From: a candidate division WOR-3 bacterium
GTDB taxonomy: Bacteria > Hydrothermota > Tepidihabitantia > Tepidihabitantales > Tepidihabitantaceae
DNA: 64,000 bases
NCBI GenBank assembly: GCA_024653355.1
Contig: JANLFQ010000001.1
Span: 576,576 to 640,575 of the forward strand
Reading direction: 5' to 3'
Each line of letters starts with the position of its first letter. The first letter of the stretch is position 1. Shown here one piece after another: positions 49,957 through 60,982 of this stretch. The translations under genes and the position numbers were made by a program. The notes below the pieces were generated by a model. That model saw only the letters and a list, made by a program, of their open reading frames with translations. It did no database searches and was not told the DNA's origin.

Positions 49957-50426
49957 TTTCTTACCCCTTTAAGAGAAATCCCGTTCAACATCTCCTGTAC
50001 CGTCATCCCCAGTATTGGATGACGCAACTCTGGTGCCAGTTCGGCAAGCGGCACTAGCACAAACGCCCGCGCGGCAAGCCGGGGATGCGGTACAATCAGC
50101 CCAGGCGCGGAAAAAACCTCATCACCATAAAAAAGGATGTCAATATCAATCGTCCGCGGTTCCTTTTCAACGCCGTCGTGCCGCACGCGACCCAATTTTT
50201 TTTCAATCTCTTGCACTGAGTCAAAAAGTTGCCAAAGAGCACAATCGGTCCACAACCTTACCACGCCATTAAGAAAAAGGGGCGACCCAGGCATGTCTAT
50301 CGGCTCCGTTTCATACCAGGACGAACGTTCCAACGGCCCTAACTTAAGCAGTTCGACCAACGCCCGTAAAAGATTAACCTCCCGGTCGCCGAGATTTGTT
50401 CCCAGACTCAAGAATACTTCCTTCAC
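49941..50426 (-). CDS. folK: 2-amino-4-hydroxy-6-hydroxymethyldihydropteridine pyrophosphokinase
   Basis: N-terminus MKEVFLSLGTNLGDRE…; 161 aa. Confidence 0.85.
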   Translation of the reverse strand: MKEVFLSLGTNLGDREVNLLRALVELLKLGPLERSSWYETEPIDMPGSPLFLNGVVRLWTDCALWQLFDSVQEIEKKLGRVRHDGVEKEPRTIDIDILFYGDEVFSAPGLIVPHPRLAARAFVLVPLAELAPELRHPILGMTVQEMLNGISLKGVRKWNNG

Positions 50427-50461
50427 TAAAATAAGAGTAGAGCAATCCCGGAAACTGTCAA

Positions 50462-50689
50462 CTAAGAACCGGCTTGATTTTCGGGCAGGATTTTACGCAC
50501 ATTTATCGCCCGGGGTCCCTGGGGCGTTTCCAGCAGTTCAAACTCAACCTCGTCTTCGATTCTCAGTAAATCCCTTTTCCCGCCATCGACATCGGAAAAA
50601 TGAACGAAAACAGTACGCCCATCGTCCACCCCTTGAATCATACCGTAACCTTTATCCGAATCGTACCATTTCACTCTGCCTTTAAGCAT
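50462..50689 (-). CDS. cspA: Cold-shock protein (CspA family)
   Basis: MLKGRVKWYDSDKGYGMIQG…, with AAAGGGG as its RBS. The longer ORF reaching 50827 is an artefactual N-terminal extension into the 5' UTR. Confidence 0.85.
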   Translation of the reverse strand: MLKGRVKWYDSDKGYGMIQGVDDGRTVFVHFSDVDGGKRDLLRIEDEVEFELLETPQGPRAINVRKILPENQAGS

Positions 50690-50820
50690 AAAGCCCCTTT
50701 CACTGCATTTTAGGAAAAAATCAAGTAAAAGAACTTTATTCAAATTCAGTTCCGTGTCAAGCGTTTCATCACTCTGCCCTGCCAATACACCACGCCTTGG
50801 TATTTTGCCTGGCTTTCGTA

Positions 50821-50848
50821 TTGACACCCTGTTCCTTTCTCCTATAAT
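50821..50848 (+). promoter_or_regulatory. Perfect-consensus sigma70 promoter TTGACA-16 nt-TATAAT, 6 nt upstream of the nnr ATG (leaderless transcript)
   Basis: Hexamers read directly at 50821-50826 and 50843-50848. Confidence 0.5.
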
Positions 50849-50854
50849 TTTCCT

Positions 50855-52399
50855 ATGATTCCTCTTATCCCGGGTTCATTAATGAAAGAAATCGATCGGA
50901 AAGCGATTGAAAACTGGGGGATAAGTGGATTGGTGTTAATGGAAAACGCGGGCCGGGCGGTCGTCGACTTTATTGAAGAAGAAGTAGGAAAGGTCAAGGG
51001 GAAAAAGTTCGTCGTTGTTTGTGGTAAGGGCAACAATGGCGGTGACGGTTTTGTCATAACCCGCCATCTGCTCAATCGGGACGCAAGGGTCGATTGCATC
51101 CTTTTAGGAGAACGGACACGATTAAAAGGTGATGCCCGCACCAACGCCGAAATTTTACGCCAAGCCGGTATCCCTATTCGAGAAACAACCCATCCGGATG
51201 AAATATCTTCAATCATCAGTACCGCCCAGTTTATCGTTGATGCCATATTTGGAACCGGGCTCTCTGCACCCCCAACCGATATCTTTGCCCAAACAATTCA
51301 ACTTATTAATGAAAGCGCCGCTTATGTAATAAGTGTTGACCTTCCTTCCGGTCTTGATGCCGATACGGGAAAGGTCTTCGGTACTGCGGTAAAAGCCAAT
51401 CTTACGGTGACAATGGGAGCACCAAAGTACGGGCTGGTTCTATATCCGGGGAAAATTTTTACCGGTAAATTACGCATTGCTGATATTGGAATTCCCAAAA
51501 CCCTAATTGAGCAACACGCCGATACCTTTTTAGTAACCGCAACCTCGGCCCGGCAACACCTGCCCCCACGGCGTCCTGATGGCCATAAAGGAACATTTGG
51601 CACCTGTTTAGTTATTGCCGGAGCACGTGGCTACTCGGGTGCCGCCTGTCTCACCGCAATGGCTGCAGTGCGCGCGGGCGCGGGATTGGTGCGTCTCGCC
51701 TTCCCCAGAAGCCTTGCTCCGGTAATCGAAGCCCAAATCCTTGAACCTGTTAAACACCCTCTTCCGGAGACCGCTGATGAGACGCTCAGTCCCGAAGCCG
51801 CTAACACAATCCTTGAACTTGCCGCTGGTGCCACCAGCATCGCAATCGGTCCGGGAATTACCACCCAATCCCAGACCAAAACTTTAATCCGGGAAATCCT
51901 GCCCCGTCTCAGCAGACCGGTAGTTCTTGACGCCGATGGCATCAACAACCTTGTCGGTGCCGAAGAGTTAATCCCGCAATGCTCCGCACCAATTATTCTT
52001 ACCCCTCACCCTGGTGAACTCAGCCGATTAATCGGAATTCCGCCGGATGAAATCAATACCAATCGAATAGAAATCGCCCGTACTACCGCTAAGCGGTTCA
52101 ATTGCGTACTCGTTTTGAAAGGCGCTCCCACCGTTACTGCAACACCGCAAGGTCGGGTGTTTGTCAACCCAACTGGAAACTCCGGCTTGGGCTCGGGTGG
52201 CACGGGCGATATTCTCACCGGGTTGATTGCTGGATTACTGGCTCAAGGCGCCTCACCTCTTGACGCTGCCCTTACCGGTGTTTTCTTACACGGCAGGGCC
52301 GCGGACCTCGCGGTTCAAGAACTTTCCGAATACTCCCTTTGCGCCCGGGACCTTTTACAATTTCTTCCTCGTGCCTTTACCGAACTTCTCTCTTGTTGA
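50855..52399 (+). CDS. nnr: Bifunctional NAD(P)H-hydrate epimerase / ADP-dependent dehydratase (YjeF N+C)
   Basis: 514 aa containing both the YjeF-N and carbohydrate-kinase-like domains (…GKGNNGGDG…, …GPGITT…). Confidence 0.85.
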   Translation: MIPLIPGSLMKEIDRKAIENWGISGLVLMENAGRAVVDFIEEEVGKVKGKKFVVVCGKGNNGGDGFVITRHLLNRDARVDCILLGERTRLKGDARTNAEILRQAGIPIRETTHPDEISSIISTAQFIVDAIFGTGLSAPPTDIFAQTIQLINESAAYVISVDLPSGLDADTGKVFGTAVKANLTVTMGAPKYGLVLYPGKIFTGKLRIADIGIPKTLIEQHADTFLVTATSARQHLPPRRPDGHKGTFGTCLVIAGARGYSGAACLTAMAAVRAGAGLVRLAFPRSLAPVIEAQILEPVKHPLPETADETLSPEAANTILELAAGATSIAIGPGITTQSQTKTLIREILPRLSRPVVLDADGINNLVGAEELIPQCSAPIILTPHPGELSRLIGIPPDEINTNRIEIARTTAKRFNCVLVLKGAPTVTATPQGRVFVNPTGNSGLGSGGTGDILTGLIAGLLAQGASPLDAALTGVFLHGRAADLAVQELSEYSLCARDLLQFLPRAFTELLSC

Positions 52400-53802
52400 T
52401 GTTTGCAATTCTCCCGGTTATTTTAACACTTTTTTATGAACCCCGTTACTGGCTTGTCTACCCGGCGCTCAGCGAATTCCGGTCGATAACCGCCAGCCCG
52501 CATTCAGTTTTCATCGCCGTCCCAAACGGCATCTACATTTTAGACCACAGAACCCTTGTTCATAATCGAACCCTCACCGTGCTTGATGGCATTGAAGGCG
52601 AAATCAAAATCTGCGCCTACAATCCGGCCTACAATGAGTTGCTCATCGTCACCGACCACCATCACTACAACTTCCTTCCCACCACCAACCGGCTATTTCC
52701 TCTCAACCCGCCATTTAAACAAACTTATTCAATCGGTATAACCCGGCAGGGAGCATATTTTGATACCGACAAAGGGCTCTTTCATAAACTGCGTTCTGCC
52801 GACCTGTATCAACCGGTTTCTACAGTACCCGAACCGGTTGTCTGGTATGGGGACAAAGACACCGTTTCCGTCCGAAACTACCCATTCCTCACCCCTTATT
52901 TCATTGTTGACCAACAGTTGAATCTTTGTCCATTCATCAAAGCCTGGCAGAACCCCTTTGATAACCGGTTGTTTGTCTTCGCCCAGAACTACGGTGTTCT
53001 TGTCTACAACTCCCGCACCGGCCTGAAAGAAAGAGAAATCCGTATCGGACCGCTGACATCTAATATTGGTCGCATCGTGCCCTGGCAAAATAAAATGTTT
53101 TTTTTCGCCCGAGACCGTTTTCTCATCCTTGATTCAACTGGAAACTGGAATGTTTTCTTCTTCGGCTCAGACCAACTTTTCCCCGCCACCGCACAACCAT
53201 TTCTTTTTCGCCTAAACCAGCTCAGTCAGATAGAAAAAATCACTTCAATTCTTTATCAAAACGGCACCACCGCTTTAATCGGGACAGAACGCGGTGTCTA
53301 TCGACTCGGGCCCGAAGAAACCAGTACCTTCTTCCTGCCGACAAACTCGCGCGTAAATGCCCTCACAGAGATGAACGACTCAATAATCGTTGCCACTGAC
53401 GACGGTATGTTTATCCTCATCAATGACAGCCTCACTCTGGTGACTGACCCATTTGCCCGCAGTGACTGGGGTATTTTTGCTATCGCCCGTGCCCACCGTA
53501 AGACCTTTTTCGGGGCTCAGGGCGCAATCCTGGAACTGGACTCAAGTAACACCTGGCGTGTACTGATACCGCCCGGCTTTGACCTTTCGCAGCAGGTTCG
53601 TGCCCTTGCCACAAACGGCCGTTTTCTCTTTGTCGGTTCCCACAATGGCATTGATGTTTATGACACGGAACAGAACATCTGGACAAAACTCGACCTGCCC
53701 GTTCAATTTCCGGTCAATGAACTGTATGCCGATAATCGTTACCTCTGGCTGGTTGCCAACGAAGTGGTCGCGCGTTACGAATACCGTGCCCAGTTTCGCT
53801 AA
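52399..53802 (+). CDS. Hypothetical membrane-anchored protein, possibly a beta-propeller
   Basis: ATG overlapping the nnr stop (TGATG), an N-terminal transmembrane helix, and about 450 aa with no recognised motif. Confidence 0.4.
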   Translation: MFAILPVILTLFYEPRYWLVYPALSEFRSITASPHSVFIAVPNGIYILDHRTLVHNRTLTVLDGIEGEIKICAYNPAYNELLIVTDHHHYNFLPTTNRLFPLNPPFKQTYSIGITRQGAYFDTDKGLFHKLRSADLYQPVSTVPEPVVWYGDKDTVSVRNYPFLTPYFIVDQQLNLCPFIKAWQNPFDNRLFVFAQNYGVLVYNSRTGLKEREIRIGPLTSNIGRIVPWQNKMFFFARDRFLILDSTGNWNVFFFGSDQLFPATAQPFLFRLNQLSQIEKITSILYQNGTTALIGTERGVYRLGPEETSTFFLPTNSRVNALTEMNDSIIVATDDGMFILINDSLTLVTDPFARSDWGIFAIARAHRKTFFGAQGAILELDSSNTWRVLIPPGFDLSQQVRALATNGRFLFVGSHNGIDVYDTEQNIWTKLDLPVQFPVNELYADNRYLWLVANEVVARYEYRAQFR

Positions 53803-53811
53803 TCTGAATCT

Positions 53812-54510
53812 ATGCCTTTAAACCAATCTGTCCAGGCGGTCATCTTTGACCTATTCCACACCCTTGTGTCTCTCCAGTTATCAAACGCCCCGGGACCAAG
53901 CACCGCCGAACTCCTTAATGTCGACCCGGACGAATGGAATCGACACTGGCTTGCCGACCCTTCGGATTATGTCCTGGGTCTGGCACCGATTGAAGTTCCC
54001 TTCCGTCGCATCGCCCGTCAGCTCAACCCCGCGGTCACCGAAGAACAAATCCAGAAGACGCTTGAAATTCGGCGTTATCGCTTTCGCCATACCCTGCTCA
54101 ATGTCGAACCGGAAACTTTAGCCGGTTTAAAAACCCTGCGCCGCCTCGGATTCAAAACCGGTTTAATATCAAACTGCGGCTGGGATGAAATTGCGGCCTG
54201 GAACGACTCACCACTTGCCCCGTTATTTGACACCGTACTTTTCTCCTGTGAAGTTAAATTGAAAAAACCCGACCCGGCGATTTACCATCTTGCTGCCCGC
54301 AACCTTGCGGTACCCGTTGCCCACTGTCTGTTCGTTGGCAACGGTGGCTCCCAGGAACTAACCGGTGCCCGCAACGCTGGTATGACACCGGTCCTCATTA
54401 CCCGTCATCTTGAAGTGATAAACCCCGAACGTATCATCGATGTCCTGCCCGATGCCCGTATTGTTATCCGCCGGATTAGCGAACTGGCGTTGATTTTAAC
54501 CCGGAAATAA
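53812..54510 (+). CDS. HAD-family hydrolase
   Basis: Motif I VIFDLFHTLV at the N-terminus; 232 aa. Confidence 0.7.
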   Translation: MPLNQSVQAVIFDLFHTLVSLQLSNAPGPSTAELLNVDPDEWNRHWLADPSDYVLGLAPIEVPFRRIARQLNPAVTEEQIQKTLEIRRYRFRHTLLNVEPETLAGLKTLRRLGFKTGLISNCGWDEIAAWNDSPLAPLFDTVLFSCEVKLKKPDPAIYHLAARNLAVPVAHCLFVGNGGSQELTGARNAGMTPVLITRHLEVINPERIIDVLPDARIVIRRISELALILTRK

Positions 54511-54512
54511 AC

Positions 54513-56948
54513 TTAATCTTCAACCAGGGCGACATCGACCACCGCATCGCCTTTTTCCACCGCCATCACCTTCACCCCGGTTGTTGCCCGACCACACTTT
54601 CGGATTTCAGAACACTTCACCCGGATTACAATCCCTTGCCTCGATGTAACGATTATTTCCGATGTTTCGCTTACCGCCTTGGCGCAGGCAAGGCGCCCTG
54701 ATTTTTCCACCGGCTTTGCGGCAATCACACCTTTACCACCGCGTTTCTGGGTAGGGAACAATTCGAAATCGGTACGTTTACCAAACCCGTTATCAAATAT
54801 CGTTAACAGCGACCGACCGGCGGCACAAACTACCGCCCCAATAACCTCATCGCCTTTTCCTAATTTGATTCCCCGGACCCCAGCCGCATTCCTTCCCATC
54901 TCCCGAACATCGGTTTCCTTGAACTTTATACCCATACCATTTCTCGTCACGAGTAGAATCTCATCATTTCCGCAAGTCAAAAGGGTAGCAATCAACGCAT
55001 CCTTATCGTCTACTGTCATCGCAATAATACCTTTCCGCCGCGGATTAGAGAATGCCTCAAGACTTGTGCGTTTAACGATTCCCTGGCGCGTGACGAAGAA
55101 AACATACCGGTCGGCAGAAAATTCTCGCACCGCCACATAGGAAGTTGTCACTTCACCCTTCTCCATCTCAACTAAATTGGCAATTGAACGCCCTTTGGAA
55201 GCATAAGAACCCTCGGGAATCTCATACACCTTCTGCCAGTAACACCTTCCCCGGTCGGTAAAGAACATCATATAGTCGTGGGTTGAGGCGATAAACAACC
55301 CTTCAACAAAATCCTCCTCTGCCACCGGAACACCAGTTCTTCCTTGACCGCCCCGTCCCTGACGACGGTAAACGCTTACCGGCATCCGTTTGATGTACCC
55401 CCGATGCGTGACGGTCACCACCATATCCTCTTCTTTAATTAAATCTTCAATAGAAACATCGGCCGGTTTTTCCGCAAGAATTTCGGTGCGTCGCTCATCG
55501 CCGAACTTCTGTTTTAACTCCAGCAACTCCTGCCGGATTTCACCCATCATCATCTTCTTGGAAGCCAAAAGACTCTTCAACCGGGCAATCTCTTTAATCA
55601 ACTCCTTATACTCGGCGTCGATTTTCTCTCGCTCCAGTCCGGTGAGCCGCGACAACCGCATTTCGAGAATCGCGTCTGCCTGACGCTGGGTAAGTTTGAA
55701 CCTATCCATCAAACCTTTACGCGCCGTCTCAACATCTTTAGAACGCTTGATAAGTTCAATAACCGCATCGATACTCTTCAGGGCAATCTTCAACCCTTCA
55801 AGGATATGTGCTCGTTCCTCGGCCCTTGCCAGTTCAAATTTAGTTCGCCTGGTAACAACCTCTAACCGAAATTCGAGAAACTTCTCAAGTAGCCCCTTCA
55901 AATTCAAAACCTTGGGCTCGCCGTTGACCAGTACCAAAAGAATTGCCCCAAAACTTGACTCCAGCGGTGTCCACTTAAACAGTTGATTCAACACAACCTC
56001 TTTGGGCGTCTCTTTCTTCAACTCGAGGACGATTCTCATCCCCTCCCGGTCGGACTCATCGCGCAGGTCAGCAACGCCCTGAATCTTCTTCTCGCGCACC
56101 AGCTCGGCAATGCGCTCTACCAGCGCTGACTTATTAACCTGATAAGGAATTTCGGTAATCACCAGTCGGTCGCGCCCCGCCTTTACCTCTTCGAATACAA
56201 CCTTACCGCGCACGATAAAACTTCCCCGGCCTGTTTCATAAGTCTGCTTTATTCCGTCCAGACCAACAACCGTTCCCCCGGTAGGGAAGTCCGGACCTTT
56301 TATCCAGCGCATCAACTCACTCACCGTGATATCGGGATTGTCAATCAGGGCAACCAGTCCATCAATTAACTCGCCTAAATTGTGCGGCGGGATACTCGTC
56401 GCCATTCCAACCGCAATGCCGGTTGCACCGTTAGCTAAAAGATTGGGAAATGCTGCCGGCAGGACCACCGGCTCTTTTAATCTTTCATCAAAATTGGGTT
56501 GAAAGTCAACCGTATCTTTATCCAAATCCCGGAGAAGTTCCATCGCCAGCGGCGCCAGTCGGGCTTCGGTATAGCGATAGGCAGCCGCGGCATCGCCATC
56601 AATCGAACCAAAATTCCCCTGCCCCTGGACGAGCGGATAACGCAACGAAAAATCCTGTGCCATTCGCACCAGCGCATCGTAAACCGCCGCATCACCATGG
56701 GGATGATACTTACCGAGAACATCTCCCACCACCGCCGCCGACTTACGGAATGGGCGATTGGGAAACAGCCCCATCTCCTGCATCGTCCAGAGAATCCGGC
56801 GCTGCACCGGTTTCAAACCATCACGAACATCAGGCAGCGCCCGGGCAACAATAACCGACATTGCGTAGTCCAGAAAGGACTTACGCACCTCATCTTCGAT
56901 ATATACCGGGATTACCGAATTGTCATTCACGCCTTGAAATATACCCAC
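54513..56948 (-). CDS. gyrA: DNA gyrase subunit A
   Basis: …[27 protein letters not shown]… with an active-site Tyr region. The GyrA-box-like QKRGGKG in the C-terminal beta-pinwheel region favours GyrA over ParC. Confidence 0.9.
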   Translation of the reverse strand: MGIFQGVNDNSVIPVYIEDEVRKSFLDYAMSVIVARALPDVRDGLKPVQRRILWTMQEMGLFPNRPFRKSAAVVGDVLGKYHPHGDAAVYDALVRMAQDFSLRYPLVQGQGNFGSIDGDAAAAYRYTEARLAPLAMELLRDLDKDTVDFQPNFDERLKEPVVLPAAFPNLLANGATGIAVGMATSIPPHNLGELIDGLVALIDNPDITVSELMRWIKGPDFPTGGTVVGLDGIKQTYETGRGSFIVRGKVVFEEVKAGRDRLVITEIPYQVNKSALVERIAELVREKKIQGVADLRDESDREGMRIVLELKKETPKEVVLNQLFKWTPLESSFGAILLVLVNGEPKVLNLKGLLEKFLEFRLEVVTRRTKFELARAEERAHILEGLKIALKSIDAVIELIKRSKDVETARKGLMDRFKLTQRQADAILEMRLSRLTGLEREKIDAEYKELIKEIARLKSLLASKKMMMGEIRQELLELKQKFGDERRTEILAEKPADVSIEDLIKEEDMVVTVTHRGYIKRMPVSVYRRQGRGGQGRTGVPVAEEDFVEGLFIASTHDYMMFFTDRGRCYWQKVYEIPEGSYASKGRSIANLVEMEKGEVTTSYVAVREFSADRYVFFVTRQGIVKRTSLEAFSNPRRKGIIAMTVDDKDALIATLLTCGNDEILLVTRNGMGIKFKETDVREMGRNAAGVRGIKLGKGDEVIGAVVCAAGRSLLTIFDNGFGKRTDFELFPTQKRGGKGVIAAKPVEKSGRLACAKAVSETSEIIVTSRQGIVIRVKCSEIRKCGRATTGVKVMAVEKGDAVVDVALVED

Positions 56949-57047
56949 TCTAACACTAAAGTCAAATATCTTACACCGTCTTTTAAAATCAGTTTACCAT
57001 CTGGGGTAATGGAGTAGACCTGTCCTGCCTTATCTACAAACGAACTT

Positions 57048-57737
57048 TTAACGGAACCGCGGAAACAACATCGCCACCTGCTGGAACTGGGAAAATTCTG
57101 ATTTGAGAATTGGGGCTAAAGCCTTCTCCTCATACCGTACTTGGATTAAAATCAATGGCAGACCTAAAACTCCGACGAGTAGCAACCCACCCCAGGAACA
57201 GAAGATCAGGGCGATGCCAACAAGCTGAACTAAAGTCCCCAAATATCGTGGATGACGACAGATTTTCTGCCACTTGAGCTCTAAAAATCGCCGGGGAGAG
57301 AAAACAACCTCACCGGTATTGGGCTTTATCTGGGCAATCTTAATCAGTCCAAACAGAGTTGCCAGTCTGATGTACACACCAAAACCAAAAATTAAAAGCC
57401 CCAAAATACCAAAGACATAATGAGGCACTGGAAACTGAGTCTGACGCCACCAGATAAAATCGGCTACGACATAACCAATATACGGGTAAACGAAAAAGGC
57501 AAATACCCCGCGCCACAAAGGCGAAGGCTCAACCACCCCGGACTGGAAAAAGGGCGAGCCAAAGTAGTACTCCACCGCCAGCCACAGGACAAAAAGATAA
57601 GCAAAAATCAAGGGAACAACCATCCGCTCGGGCACCGCATCGGCAAAGAAGTTGGTGAAAAATACCCCGAAATACAAACTGACCAGCACCGTCCAGACAA
57701 ATCGACCGGTTCGGAACTTCAAAACCAAACTGCTCAT
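57048..57737 (-). CDS. Isoprenylcysteine carboxyl methyltransferase (ICMT/PEMT)-family membrane protein
   Basis: Polytopic protein with the RHPRYLG motif and a C-terminal EE region. Confidence 0.55.
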   Translation of the reverse strand: MSSLVLKFRTGRFVWTVLVSLYFGVFFTNFFADAVPERMVVPLIFAYLFVLWLAVEYYFGSPFFQSGVVEPSPLWRGVFAFFVYPYIGYVVADFIWWRQTQFPVPHYVFGILGLLIFGFGVYIRLATLFGLIKIAQIKPNTGEVVFSPRRFLELKWQKICRHPRYLGTLVQLVGIALIFCSWGGLLLVGVLGLPLILIQVRYEEKALAPILKSEFSQFQQVAMLFPRFR

Positions 57738-58945
57738 CTCTTGCCCTGCGCCTGAAGGATATCAGCCGCATACTCCCACAACTGCCGGGGAGAGAGTTCC
57801 AAAGCCCTAATTGACGCCGCATCGATTGTCTGCAAAACACCGATGGTTGTTGCCACCCGGTAGCGTTTGCGTGCCATAATTCGCCTGCCCCGCAGGCCGC
57901 TGCGGCTCTCCATTATCAGTTTTCTGTTACCTCTCAACAACCGATTTATCTCCTCGCCCTCGAGTTCTATCAAAGCCAGCCGCCCCGGCTCGGAAAGTGT
58001 CGACATTAGCTTCAACCGGGTAATTGTTCCCGGTAAGATTGTGTCCCGGACAAAATTAGAACTGTCATAAATAAAAAGGTCAACCGCGCGTAACCCCAGA
58101 TAACCGTCAACTATCGCCCGACTTAACACCCAGGGTGAAATTTTGACCCTTGTCTCAATAACCGGCAACGCGCCAATGGAATCAAGCATTATCCGCAACG
58201 AATCTACCGCTCGCGCCACTTTGGGTTGTGGTTCACCTGCTTCAAGAGAAACAACCTCTTTTTTGACATTTTGAACCTTACCATTGACAAAAACAAAATC
58301 ATAACGCAAAACGCTCTCATCCGGCGCGTCTAAAATTACATCAAAGCCCGAAACTGCTCCTGAATCTAACACCAGGACCGCGGTCAAATCGGCTTTATTT
58401 TTGAGCAAGGTCAATAACTTTTGTCCGGCATAACCCGGAGAGACAAATTTCAACCCTTTAAGGCGCAAAAGCACGTTAACCGAGTCAAGAAGTAACCCAC
58501 TGATTGCTAAATTTATGCCCGCCACTTTTTTTATCATCCAGGGATGGACCAGCGGCAAATCAAAACTGTCGGAAAGATTATATCCCAGCACGCGAAATTG
58601 TGCCCGGTCTGTCAGTTGCCTTACCCGCTCAACACCGAACCCCAGCCATCCCGGCGAAAAAAGTATCGCATCTACCCCGGCAAGTGAAAGCAAATCAATA
58701 TTTGCCTCGCCATCGGTCAAAGGCGCAAACTTTTCATCAAAGACATCGCCGGCAATCAACCATAAACAGGGTCGTTCCTTTTTTATTCGGGAAACAACCT
58801 CACAAAGAAACGGTAACTCTTCGGTTTTCCAACCACCACTGACGAAGATGGTAAAGTTTTCTACCGTAACAGGTTTTGCCATCCGGGGTGCACAACCAGC
58901 AACGACAAAGACGACCCCGATGAGACCGAGATATAAAAAACGCAC
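57734..58945 (-). CDS. Hypothetical lipoprotein
   Basis: Lipobox VVAGC after a signal peptide; 403 aa. The stop overlaps the downstream methyltransferase-family gene (ATGA). Confidence 0.4.
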   Translation of the reverse strand: MRFLYLGLIGVVFVVAGCAPRMAKPVTVENFTIFVSGGWKTEELPFLCEVVSRIKKERPCLWLIAGDVFDEKFAPLTDGEANIDLLSLAGVDAILFSPGWLGFGVERVRQLTDRAQFRVLGYNLSDSFDLPLVHPWMIKKVAGINLAISGLLLDSVNVLLRLKGLKFVSPGYAGQKLLTLLKNKADLTAVLVLDSGAVSGFDVILDAPDESVLRYDFVFVNGKVQNVKKEVVSLEAGEPQPKVARAVDSLRIMLDSIGALPVIETRVKISPWVLSRAIVDGYLGLRAVDLFIYDSSNFVRDTILPGTITRLKLMSTLSEPGRLALIELEGEEINRLLRGNRKLIMESRSGLRGRRIMARKRYRVATTIGVLQTIDAASIRALELSPRQLWEYAADILQAQGKR

Positions 58946-59555
58946 AGCCGATTATACCCTATCCCTATTTGGTGTCAAGTGTAATGGTAAGCCCGATGCC
59001 TTTGCGATATTTTAAGAATGCACGCACTCCAGATGCTTTTCGCTCAACCCTAAAAAGGAAATTTTATTCTAACTTGTCCCCTGTTCATTAAATCAACAAC
59101 AATGGTGATACGAGATTGTATTTTTAATCCACCGGGCGGATAAAGTTATGCCCTTCGACCAAATGACAGTGTGTGATACTTAATAAAGTCAATACCTGAT
59201 TACATAAAAGGGCGCCGAAGGAAACCGATATTAAACGCGTATTCAAAACCACCATATCCATCAATAATCCCGGCGAAAGTTTACGGGGATACCATCCCGG
59301 AAACGACCCTGTAGTCCACCCTATACTTAAATCTAACAATACGGCAATTATTTGACAAAAAGTAACTTACAATTGGGAATACAAATTGGAGCGTTAACCG
59401 TTGCCAATTTTAGGGTCTTAATAACCAAAGCAAACGGCTGATTTCTCTCTCATTATAAGCAAAACCAGCACACCCCCCATATCCTTTGCCTGTTATCTTT
59501 GGTCTTTTAATCATCCCTTATATATAAGATACCATTAAAATCTCATTTTGCACGC

Positions 59556-59583
59556 TTGACTTTGGTTCAGCATTTTTTATATT
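59556..59583 (+). promoter_or_regulatory. sigma70 promoter TTGACT-16 nt-TATATT for tRNA-Gln
   Basis: The -10 ends 11 nt upstream of the mature tRNA 5' end. Confidence 0.5.
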
Positions 59584-59594
59584 CTTTTACTCAC

Positions 59595-59666
59595 TGGGGG
59601 ATCGTCTAACTGGCAGGACGGCTGGCTCTGGACCAGCTAGTCGGGGTTCGAATCCCTGTCCCCCAG
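59595..59666 (+). tRNA. tRNA-Gln, anticodon CUG
   Basis: Cloverleaf with a U1-A72 acceptor pair (UGGGGGA/UCCCCCA), anticodon loop CUCUGGA, T loop TTCGAAT and discriminator G. CCA is not encoded. Confidence 0.8.
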
Positions 59667-59674
59667 CATTTTTC

Positions 59675-60982
59675 CTAAAATCGATACCGGACCCCGAAAA
59701 ATAGTTCATCAACCTCGTTGAGCGGCGCGAACGCTGAACCGTTACCACCACTAAAGACCATGCCACCCAGGTCAATCTCAAATCCACCTACCGGCTGAAA
59801 ACGGATTAGGGGTACCAATCCAAATGACCCCTTTTTCAAATCAACCACTCCACCCAGTCGTGTCAAAACTCTATCAGTAAACAATTTCCGTTCCACCGCG
59901 CCCAGGATGAAATCCTTCACCCGCTCCTTTTGTAACCGTGCCAGTGGAAAATCGCCGTGTAGATATTGAAGGTTAAAGTAAAACCCGGCAACAGCGTAAT
60001 CAAAACCGCAAATAACAGAGGGTTCGTCTTTTACCAGTGTATCTTCATAAAACGCATACGCCGCTTCCGCCCAGAACCCAACACCAAAAAGGTTTCCTGC
60101 CAATTCTGCACCCACCACCTTCTTCTCCGGAAACCACTGCTTTAGGACAAAATCCAACCGCTGCTCCATCACATCAATATTCGTTACCGGCTGTACTGCG
60201 GGCAAAAAGTCGTAGCCGCGTAAAAAACTCAAGGCAAAGTCAAAGTTTCCCCGATGACCTTTTAATCTTCCACCCCAGGTAATATCCCGGACATTTTTAC
60301 TCGGGAGTTTTATATCTTCATTTACTGTTATGGTATACGCGGCTGCTATCTGTCGGGCAGTAAGAGAGTCTAATCCCTGCCGGATAAACTCTTGTATTAG
60401 ACCATTGCGCAGTTGCTCAATATCGGGCAAAACTGCGACAGAAAACCATTCGGGTGCGGTTGCCACTGCTGGCTCAAAAATTGGTTTTGCCCCAAGTTCT
60501 ATTCCGAAATCACCAACCGGCATATACCCAAGATAAACCATCCATACTGGTCGGCGTTCATCCCAGACCAAAGGGTCCGAATAGTCCGGAGTGGTGAAAT
60601 TGTCCGTGGGATTAACCGCATCTGCTGTGCCCCAATGAACCTTTTGCCGCCCTGCCGTCAAGTTCAACCCGGGCAAAATGTCATAAACCCGGACAAATAC
60701 CTCATCCAGCATAAAAGATACCGGCTCCAGTTTACTGGCATCGCTCAAATCAGAAGCATTGGTTAAAAATGGGTAACCGTTTGTTTTAACCGTCATTCCC
60801 AGCTTTGTTTCCAACCGTTCTGAAGTAACTGGCACAAAACTTAAACTTGCCCGGGTGGAAAACCAGGTAAACGCTGTGCTGTCTTTTCCTCCGTATCTAA
60901 CATGCGCTCGTGTGCGCAAATCGCCCTGGATTGAAACCTGCATTAGAATTAGGATGTTCAGTAAGGTTGCGCCGATGCCCAT
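59675..60982 (-). CDS. Outer-membrane beta-barrel protein (DUF1302-like partner of the MMPL/LolA-like module)
   Basis: 435 aa with a hydrophobic N-terminus and a C-terminal …FFGVRYRF aromatic terminus. It is immediately downstream of the LolA-like gene. Confidence 0.45.
   Translation of the reverse strand: MGIGATLLNILILMQVSIQGDLRTRAHVRYGGKDSTAFTWFSTRASLSFVPVTSERLETKLGMTVKTNGYPFLTNASDLSDASKLEPVSFMLDEVFVRVYDILPGLNLTAGRQKVHWGTADAVNPTDNFTTPDYSDPLVWDERRPVWMVYLGYMPVGDFGIELGAKPIFEPAVATAPEWFSVAVLPDIEQLRNGLIQEFIRQGLDSLTARQIAAAYTITVNEDIKLPSKNVRDITWGGRLKGHRGNFDFALSFLRGYDFLPAVQPVTNIDVMEQRLDFVLKQWFPEKKVVGAELAGNLFGVGFWAEAAYAFYEDTLVKDEPSVICGFDYAVAGFYFNLQYLHGDFPLARLQKERVKDFILGAVERKLFTDRVLTRLGGVVDLKKGSFGLVPLIRFQPVGGFEIDLGGMVFSGGNGSAFAPLNEVDELFFGVRYRF

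Noticed and set aside
50690-50827. N-terminal extension of the cold-shock ORF (MSIRKPG…)
   Set aside because: The cold-shock domain begins at MLKGRVKWYD and is preceded by an SD. The extension lies in the csp 5' UTR and promoter region.
59587-59787. 66-aa minus-strand ORF
   Set aside because: It overlaps the well-folded tRNA-Gln gene on the opposite strand and is spurious.
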